Source: Raillietiella orientalis (Eukaryota). Taken from it: a stretch of DNA of 64,000 bases. The translations under genes and the position numbers were made by a program. The notes beneath the pieces were generated by a model, which did not search any database, had not been told where the DNA came from, and saw only the letters and a list, made by a program, of their open reading frames with translations. Where the stretch lies: the NCBI GenBank assembly GCA_036172245.1, contig JAYWIR010000044.1:806001-870000 (forward strand), in the 5' to 3' direction. Position 1 is the stretch's first letter. Each line of letters starts with the position of its first letter. Shown piece by piece: positions 55,924 to 64,000 of the stretch.

Positions 55924-57535
55924 GTGTTTGTCGGCAAAGGAAGAGGTCCTGTGTCATTGGGTGTCGGCAGCCGGGTGACTCCAGTGCAGCGTCTTGGTCG
56001 TCGAGTCCGGTAGGAAGCGCACTCTTCGCACCTTGCCCGTAGTGACCTTCGCTCAGATTCGCCTTGGTGAAGCTCCTTCTGTTCTGCTTCGTTGCTGATG
56101 TTTGCGGTGCAGCCCCCGGTGATGGCGATCGCACGAGCTTGCTGCACTCGTCGGTGGCGCTGTGTGGTTGGTATCATGTATGCCGGTGCCTGTTCCAGCT
56201 GGTCTTCCCTTCTCTTATTTTATTTTTCCTGAAATGCCCGCTTCATGGAAGTGTGCAACCATCAACCGTCTGCTTGAAATCTTCAGCATCTTCAGCATGC
56301 TCCTTCCCGTTCCTTAGTCAGGGGACAAGGGTGGTCATCCCAGAGGCCGCTGGGTTGCTCGATTGCATCTTTGACGCTTTCGGTAGCGCTCCAGGAAGGA
56401 GAGTGTCGCGAAGTCCCCCCTCTGTCTGTCTGCGTCGACGAAGGAGGTTCGTGTGGCTGTCGAGGCCCCAGCAGCGGACCTTCCAAAATCTTGTCTTCCT
56501 TACGATAAAGTCTCGTTGCGGAGATCTTCCGGATTGCACCTTCATAGATTGAGGTATCTGTTGGTTGTTTCTTAGGCTCAGCGTGAATGGGATTGGTACT
56601 GCAAGAAGAGCATGGCAAGAAGATATGGAGGAGGACAGGAAGATGGTGAAGATGGTGAGGGTGCCGACGCCCTCATCCCATGCAGTTGGTGGATATATCT
56701 TTGCTTGTCCGCGCTCAAGGAATTTCCAGCTGTCGTGGTCACACGTTCTGTGGGATGCCGTTGACCTCTGAACTTCTCGACGTCAATAACCAGAAGAGAT
56801 GCTGAGGTTCCTGAGAAAGAAGGCGAAGATGCCAAGTTACCATATACTTCTCCTTGAGAAGACCAACGGTTTCTCCATCGGTAGTTCTTTCAAGCTGCTG
56901 ACCTCACGGGTTTTTCCGCCAATCACGTTCCGCATGGAGAACGCGGCGGCCGGAGGGCCGGGAAGAAGAGGACGCGCAGCGCGCCTTCGGAGGACGGGGG
57001 CTCGCGCGAGCGCCCTCTTCAGGAAATGCGGCGGCGTAATTCAGGGTAACTCGGCAGCGACGTCGGGAAGGCCGGGATGCACCAGCGAGTGAAGCCGGCC
57101 GCGGATATCGCGACCAGGGTAGCGGCGTCGGGGAGGCACGCGAGGGAGGAAACCGCCGCTATTGGACCCTGACCAGCGTCGTCCGAAGGTGACCGGACCG
57201 TGCGAAGACCAAGGCGGCGTCGGCGATTCTCCCGCGCGACGGGTCCAAGCGTCCAGATCCCGCCGTCGGCGCGAGCCGTCCCCTGCGGTGCGGCCCGACT
57301 CGCTTCCACCTCCTCCCCTCCCTCTTCCTTTCTCCTCCTCTTCCTCACCCTTTTTCGTCCTCTTCTTCCCTCATTCTCACCTCTCCTCCACCTTCTTCCT
57401 CCTCTTCCCCATTCCCCTTTTCTCCTGCTCCTGCTTCTCTTTTGCTCCTCCTTCTTTCCTCTTCCTTTCTTTCTCCTCGTCCTCTTCCTTACACCCCTCC
57501 TCCTCTTGATCTCCTCTTCTCTTCCCTTCTCCTCC

Positions 57536-58400
57536 CTTCTCTTCTCTTCTCTTCCCTTCTCTTCTCTTCTCTTCTCTTCTCTTCTCTTCTCTTCTCTTCT
57601 CTTCCCTTCCCTTCCCTTCCCTTCCCTTCCCTTCTCTTCTCTTCTCTTCTCTTCTCTTCTTCTCTTCTCTTCTCTTCTCTTCTCTTCTCTTCTCTTCTCT
57701 TCTCTTCTCTTCTCTTCTCTTCTCTTCTCTTCTCTTCTCTTCTCTTCTCTTCTCTTCTCTTCTCTTCTCTTCTCTTCTCTTCTCTTCTCTTCTCTTCTCT
57801 TCTCTTCTCTTCTCTTCTCTTCTCTTCTCTTCTCTTCTCTTCTCTTCTCTTCCTCTTCTCTTCTCTCTTCTTCTCTTCTCTTCTCTTCTCTTCTCTTCTC
57901 TTCTCTTCTCTTCTCTTCTCTTCTCTTCTTCTCTTCTCTTCTCTTCTCTTCTCTTCTCTTCTCTTCTCTTCTCTTCTTCTCTTCTCTTCTCTTCTCTTCT
58001 CTTCTCTTCTCTTCTCTTCTCTTCTCTTCTCTTCTCTTCTCTTCTCTTCTCTTCTCTTCTCTTCTCTTCTCTTCTCTTCTCTTCTCTTCTCTTCTCTTCT
58101 CTTCTCTTCTCTTCTCTTCTCTTCTCTTCTCTTCTCTTCTCTTCTCTTCCTTCTCTTCTCTTCTCTTCTCTTCTCTTCTCTTCTCTTCTCTTCTCTTCTC
58201 TTCTCTTCTCTTCTCTTCTCTTCTCTTCTCTTCTCTTCTCTTCTCTTCTCTTCTCTTCTCTTCTCTTCTCTTCTCTTCTCTTCTCTTCTCTTCTCTTCTC
58301 TTCTCTTCTCTTCTCTTCTCTTCTCTTCTCTTCTCTTCTCTTCTCTTCTCTTCTCTTCTCTTCTCTTCTCTTCTCTTCTCTTCTCTTCTCTTCTCTTCTC
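57536..58400. repeat. (CTTCT)n microsatellite, mirror copy in the right arm
   Basis: Direct reading; nearly the same interruption pattern as the left copy. Confidence 0.99.
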
Positions 58401-59213
58401 ACGTGCAGCCATGCCCAGCGCAAGAGCGCTCGCTTGAAGGCGCGCAGCTCGAGAGATCCCCTTGCCCTCATCCGCAACCGGGAAAGCGTTGTCGTTGGGG
58501 AGGGGCGAAGCGGATCTTCGGGAAGGGTGATCAGGATAGCAACGACGAGAGCGGCCACCCAGGACCCCCTCGCCGAAACAGCAAGGGATGTGAGGCAAAA
58601 CAGGAGAATCAGCTGAAACAGCAACCGTAGCTACAGGACCCGGGCAGAAGACCAAGAGGGACGAAGGGCTCACTAGGGAGGAACATCCGCTGCTCCAGGA
58701 GCGACTCCGTTCGCAGGTCAGGCCGTCTCCTGGGACGAAGGGACACCGGCGCGGTCTCGGGCGGAGGATGGCTCTGGGAAGGAGCCATCAGGCAGACAGC
58801 AAGAGCGGCAGGCGATCCTCCGGTGCGCGCTGGCGACCCCGGTTCAGGAAGATCTTCGGTGCGTTCCGCCAAGAGCCTTCGACGCGCGGCGCGAGTGCCA
58901 CGGCACGTCGCGTGCGCCCCGGCGACCTCGGGTCTCCTCACGGCAACGGCGTCTACGGTCGGTGCTGGGGTGTCCCCCGGCACCGACCGGAGGCCACCGC
59001 AGCACCTCGGTGGTACCTGAGCGTTCGAAGGGGCTCCCGCCAAGAGGGCACGGCGAGCGGGACGCTGCCTGTCCAGCCCAACGGCGGCTCCTCCTTGGAA
59101 TGCTGCAGGCGCTTTTCCGAGCGACCTTTGCCTTTGATGTCCCTCCCGACTGGCGGTGGGCAAGGGACGCGAGGAACGTCCATCGCGCTTCCCCGAGAAG
59201 GATGTGTTTCCAG

Positions 59214-59356
59214 GGAGACGCTAGCTTCCTGTGGGAAGGCGAGACCCTGAGGCGAGAGGTCCACTTCGAGAGGGACCGCGAAGCCCAGGAAAGGGAAGCG
59301 AACGTGAACCTTCGAAGGGCAAAGCGCAGGGAGAAGGAGGAAACGGATCTAAGGAG
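59214..59356 (+). CDS. Possible charged/coiled-coil exon (GDASFLWEGETLRREVHFERDREAQEREANVNLRRAKRREKEETDLR); mirror at 39039-39181 (-)
   Basis: tttccag acceptor and AG|GTTGGG donor; phase-compatible with downstream candidates at 59415-59469 and 59561-59667. No homology recognised. Confidence 0.3.
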
Positions 59357-61152
59357 GTTGGGGATGCGCATGACCAGAGCAGATGCGCATCGGAGAGTGA
59401 TTCGTGACCACTAGCTCAAAGCAGCGCAAAGCAAAGTCTTCCGTCCCCTCAAGCGTGTCGTCGCTCCAGGTGACCACCTTCCTCTGCAGCTTCCCCTCGG
59501 CCCACGGACGAGACCCGCAGCCGGCTAAGCGACCTGGTCGATCTCCGTCCTCGCTTTTAGCATCCGCTGGTCATATCACGAGAGTTCCCTGAGGCTCTTT
59601 CTTCTTCCAGCTTCCAGTTTCACTCCGCACGAGTTCGGCGGCGGAGCGCGAAAGGCTCCAGTGGATGATGCCCCCCACACGTTCTTTCATCTTGGCTGCT
59701 GCCTCCGAAGGTCCGTGAGCGAGGAAGGCGCAGGGGCTGCAGCAGCTCGGCATGCCGAGGGCTGCCGGCGACGCCGAGGTCGCGGGTCCACCGGAAAGGA
59801 CCTCAGCGCCGGCTGCCAGTAGGGAACGCGGCGACTCGTTCTGGGCTGGCAGGTGCGGCGTGCCCGGGCCGGGTGGCTTTCGAAGCTCCGTATCGCTTCC
59901 GGTTCCGGTTGCCCCGAGGACTCCTCCAGTGGCGTCTCCGCGCGAAGCGATCCGGAAGAGGAATCCTTCCTGGGGAGCACCTCGAGCAGGTTGACCGGAA
60001 GCGAGACGCGCAAGCTTGATTTGAATATCCATTCCTTTCCCCCTCTTGGAAGATCCGATTGACTTCGTGCTGACCTCATTGAGAGACTTTTTTTTTGTGT
60101 GTGTGTGTTTTTTTTAGCGGGGAGCGTGGGGCGCGGTATGGAACGGTGCCAGTTGATAAAGAGAGAAGAGGTGACAGATTGACGACCTATTATTTCCTAT
60201 ATCTATTGGGGAGTTTTGCTGAGGGAGGGGGAAGGGAGGGGAGAGAGGAGGACGAGGAGGAGGAAGACGAACCATTATCAGTGTTCCTGCGATCGAGCTG
60301 CTTCTTCCGGTATCTCCTCTCCAGCGTCCCGCCAGGCGAGGAGAAAAATCAGACGAGGAGAAGGGGAAAAACTCAACCCCGGGCACGCCGAACTGAGGGA
60401 ACGGGGAAGACAAATCGGTTCTCGCCGAGCTCCTCTCGGAAGGATCAGCGGCTGGAATGCATTGGAAATCGCAGGAATGATGGGAGGAAGGAGTGCCACC
60501 CCACGCCTCTCATCTGAGAAATTCCTCCGTCCTCTCCTCCCCTCTCCCCTTCTTCCCCTTGGCATCGTCTTTTCGCACGCTCCCGATCTCTGCCTCCCGC
60601 TCTGCTCCATCGTCCGGGAGGGAAGCAAACTCTGCAGGGAGGATCGTGAGTTGAGATGTGAGCTATCGACAGTCAGGAGTGCTGCGCAGGCAGATATCCG
60701 GTGTTGCTGCTTTGGTTGTGGAACCCCCTGTCATGCGCACGTCGCCGTCGCCTTTCGGGTTCAGGGGGTTTTCGCACGGCAGCAGGATGCGGGAACGAGG
60801 GAGACGACCGACCGTTCCGTTTTCGTACAGCAATCTCAGCATCCTTACCTGAGTAGGACATTTTGTTCGAGGGACCGTCGCGGTCTGCGAAAGGCAGCCT
60901 CGCAGGCGGCATCAAAGGGTCGCGCAGGCGCGAAGTGTCTGAGCTTCCTGGGCCGCACATCCGCTCGACGGGCCGACTGGAAATGCATCGCGTTCACGGG
61001 ACGAGGCGCCTGGCAAGCCTGGAAGGCGGAACAGCGGAAGAGCATATGCTGAAAATCAGGAGCGAGCCTTTGCTGACATAATGTTGTTGCTGCATTCCAT
61101 TCCATTGTTTTTTTTTTTTTTTTATCACTGGCCTACTCATTTTGCTTTCCTA

Positions 61153-61282
61153 ATTGCTTTCTCATTGTTGTTTTCATTATTTCCCTCTTATTGTTGCTTT
61201 CACGATTCCTCTTTTATTGTTGCTTTCACGATTTCTCTTTGATTGTTACTTTCACGATTCCTCTCTTATTATTGCTTTCACG
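61153..61282. repeat. 26-bp minisatellite, mirror copy in the right arm
   Basis: Reverse complement of 37115-37244. Confidence 0.9.
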
Positions 61283-63385
61283 ACTGCTCTCTCTCACTGC
61301 TGTTTCCTCATTCTGGCTTTGCTCCAGAGTGACCATTCCAATTAACGACCTCGAAAGAGAGCTCTAGAAGCTCTAGATGGTGAACAAGTGGCAAAGTTCC
61401 AGAATTCCTGCTCTCCATTGAAACGCTAACGATGGAAGAGTGGGAATAGATGCGAGGAAACTTAGGGTACTTGTGAGGATCCTCAGATACTCCGATTTTA
61501 GGAAGATTCCATGGAGCGCGGAGCTCGTGAAAGGGGAACCGTGGCCGTAGAGCTCACGACCCTGACGTCTCAGGTCAAATACGGTTTTTTTTCTTCTTTT
61601 TCTTTTTTTGCTGCTGCCATGCGGAGCTGAATGAAGCCGTGAAGAAAGTAAAGGCGATTGCATTCAAACTGGCGGATCACTTTCAGAGCTCCGAAACTTG
61701 CTCATCTCGGATATACCGGACCATACGTACGTAGAATTAACAGTAGAAAGTAGAAAATGATACGATGAAAAACCATGCTCAACATAGATTAACTATACGG
61801 GATACAGCAAACGTAGAATAAACATTTATCTACATAAAATAAATAAGGGATAAGAGGAAATGTATCCATATCGGGCCCGATATGGATCGAAGAATTCGAG
61901 GAGCCTCCATGATGGACAGACAGTACTTGGGAAGGAGAGAGAAGAGTATGAAGAGTGAGGACAAACACAAAGATCTAAGCAGATCCGGGCAATCGTGAAC
62001 TATGCAGATCTCCATGCTAATGTATTCCTGAAGTCTGAGTCGGAAGGGAAAAGAAGGGCTGGAATTGCCGCCCTGCCTGTTCCCTTTCCACTGAGGTTTC
62101 GAAATTCAGGAGGTAATCCTGGAAACAATCGTGCAATCTTCGTGCACAAGCTTTGGAGAGAGTGGTGCTGCAGGCACGGTCACCCGAGGTCATTTCCCAT
62201 TGCGATCAAAACTGCTCCCGTAGCAATGAGGAGATCTGCAACGGTGACGTCTCTCCACTGGCAGGGGAGCCACGCTCACCCGTCGTGAGGTGAAAGACGA
62301 CCGGCAGAACCTAAGGGAAAGATCAAGCTCTGCAACAGGTTTCTTGGAGGGCTCTACAGTCCGACTTGGAGCTGGAGGTAAGTGTCCTCCTGCTTGCAGC
62401 AGCCTTCCACTTTCGAGGAGCTCGTGGGAGCGAGAGCAGGAGAGGATGGCATCTCGCGGGTGCAGAGATGAGCGTGGGGTCCGCCCTCACCTGCCACTCG
62501 CCAGCTGCAGGAAAGGGAAAGCAGAGCAGCTCGGCCGCGAGCTATCGCGCGGGATGCCGACGGGGTCTTCAAAGCTGCCCACGGTGCTCCGGAAGTGCTG
62601 CACCTCCTCTGGCGGTGGATTCGGGTCTTCGGACGTCTGCCGACTGGAGGACAGAGGAAAGGTCGCCCGGCCTCCACCGCCGAGCGAGGTCAGGAAGACC
62701 GAAGATGCTGGGAGAGGGCGAAGAAGCGCGCAAAAGCGAACGGAACGGAAGGAGGAGGTTCGCAGGAAGGAATTTTCTCGGTTGCCGAGGGCGACTGAGA
62801 TCCGCTACTGTGGCCACAGTAGCGGATCGGATGAGTGAGCTCTTTCAGGAAGGCATACTTTCGGTGGAAAGTCGGCCGCAGCTCCCGCTCGGTGTCCCCA
62901 AAACGACCCGAGGGCTCGCGTGCGTTGGGCCGCGTCCTCTGAGCGCCTCCGGTCCTAGGGAGAATGGGGCCTCCTTCGAGTCCCGCGCGCACTCCCCTAA
63001 TGCTTCGGGGAAACAGACGGCGGGACTCGGGAGACCACGTCCCTGATCTGCCTCCGGCGAGATGGTGAGGAGGCCGGTAGCTCCAGATGAATAGCCGGAA
63101 CGGCTTCTTCTGCCGTTGCCGGACGGGAGCTCCTCCTCCGGCCCGTTTGCCGTTTCTTTCTTCGCCGTAGAGGTGAAGGTGCGAGCCAGGGAGACCGCCA
63201 CAATCGGAGTGGATCCCTTTGTACCCGCTGACAAGGGCGCCATCACCTCCCCTCTGCGACTTCCCCTCTCCTTCCTCGATCGTCTCTTCGGCAGGTGGCA
63301 CGCGCGTGTGCACCTTCCCATGGGAGCGAGCGAGCCGAAGCGTGCGCTCTTTTCCCTTCTCTCTCTCCCTCCTCACCCCACCCGC

Positions 63386-63421
63386 ATCGATAAGGAGCGC
63401 TGCGCCTCGGAAAAGTCAGTT
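63386..63421 (+). promoter_or_regulatory. Putative core promoter (right-arm copy): ATCGATAAG at about -30, initiator TCAGTT
   Basis: Mirror of 34976-35011. Confidence 0.45.
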
Positions 63422-63489
63422 CAAGTTCCGCGGTCGCCTAAAGGAGGTTCACTCAGGAAAACACAGCGCCAGCCCGACCCAAGGAGGCG

Positions 63490-63592
63490 ATGGCGCCTGC
63501 CCCGAAAAGCTCCCAGACACTCCCACCTCTGCTGCTGCTCCTGCTGCTGCTGCTGCTGGAAGCTTCTGCCCGCGCCGCCGGCGGCAACTTGG
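63490..63592 (+). CDS. Exon 1 (signal peptide) of the second copy of the secreted-protein gene; remaining exons would lie beyond the window
   Basis: Exact mirror of 34805-34907; ATG at 63490, donor G|GTAAGC. Confidence 0.75.
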
Positions 63593-64000
63593 GTAAGCAG
63601 CACTCTCCCCCTTCCGCGACGCCCTTCGCAACGGGCAGCGGCTGCCAGGGAGACGGACGCACAAGGGGAGAGGGAGGGAGGAAACTTCCCGGCTCCACCT
63701 GCTTGAGAGGCGACCCGGAGGATTCCTTCGCGGCTGACCGAGAGCGTCCGACCTTCCACCACCACAGGGGAGCAGAAGGTGTGCCGAGGTTCCGCGCGAC
63801 CCAAGCAGGCTCACTCCCGACAAGGACTGCCGGATGTTGCCAGGCGTCTCTCGGAAGGGTCCGTCTCGCCTGTCGAACGGTCTGCCTGGAACTACCCTCA
63901 GGCAAGGCACGGACGAGCACCCGAAGAACTCCTGGAACTCCCGAGAGATCGTCCACGGAGTGCTTCCCTCCAAATTTGTCAAGTCGAATGCCCCGAGGGA

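Larger units (their letters stand above)
50231..64000. repeat. Right arm of giant inverted repeat (truncated by the window end)
   Basis: Reverse complement of 34397-48165. About 9 substitutions and 2 small simple-repeat length differences seen. Confidence 0.99.

Noticed and set aside
34397..64000. Palindrome as a DNA transposon (TIR/Foldback/Polinton) element
   Set aside because: No transposase, integrase or polymerase motifs were recognised in the spacer or arms, the arms contain intron-bearing host-like genes, and the outer ends/TSDs are not visible.

Overview
This is eukaryotic genomic DNA, most likely from an invertebrate (arthropod-like). It is GC/CpG-rich, with many 48-66 nt GT-AG introns and long purine/pyrimidine simple-sequence tracts. 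The left half holds a multi-exon + strand DAPK-family Roco gene (ankyrin repeats, ROC GTPase, COR, divergent death domain; ~8.5-30.7 kb) with no visible kinase exons. After it come a tRNA-Gly(GCC) gene (- strand) and a 4-exon - strand gene for a 215-aa cysteine-free secreted protein I do not recognise. The right half is a giant palindrome. Positions 34397-48165 are the reverse complement of 50231-64000 (>=13.8 kb arms, ~99.9% identical by eye, right arm running off the window) around a 2065-bp unique spacer, and inverted homology decays to ~68% just inside the junction. Each arm carries exon 1 and the promoter of the secreted gene, an unrecognised multi-exon gene, a ~0.87-kb (AGAAG)n microsatellite, a 26-bp minisatellite and two perfect 24-30 bp mini-palindromes. 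Exon models were built by hand and no database searches were run. Most ORFs in the six-frame track are GC-rich or low-complexity artefacts.
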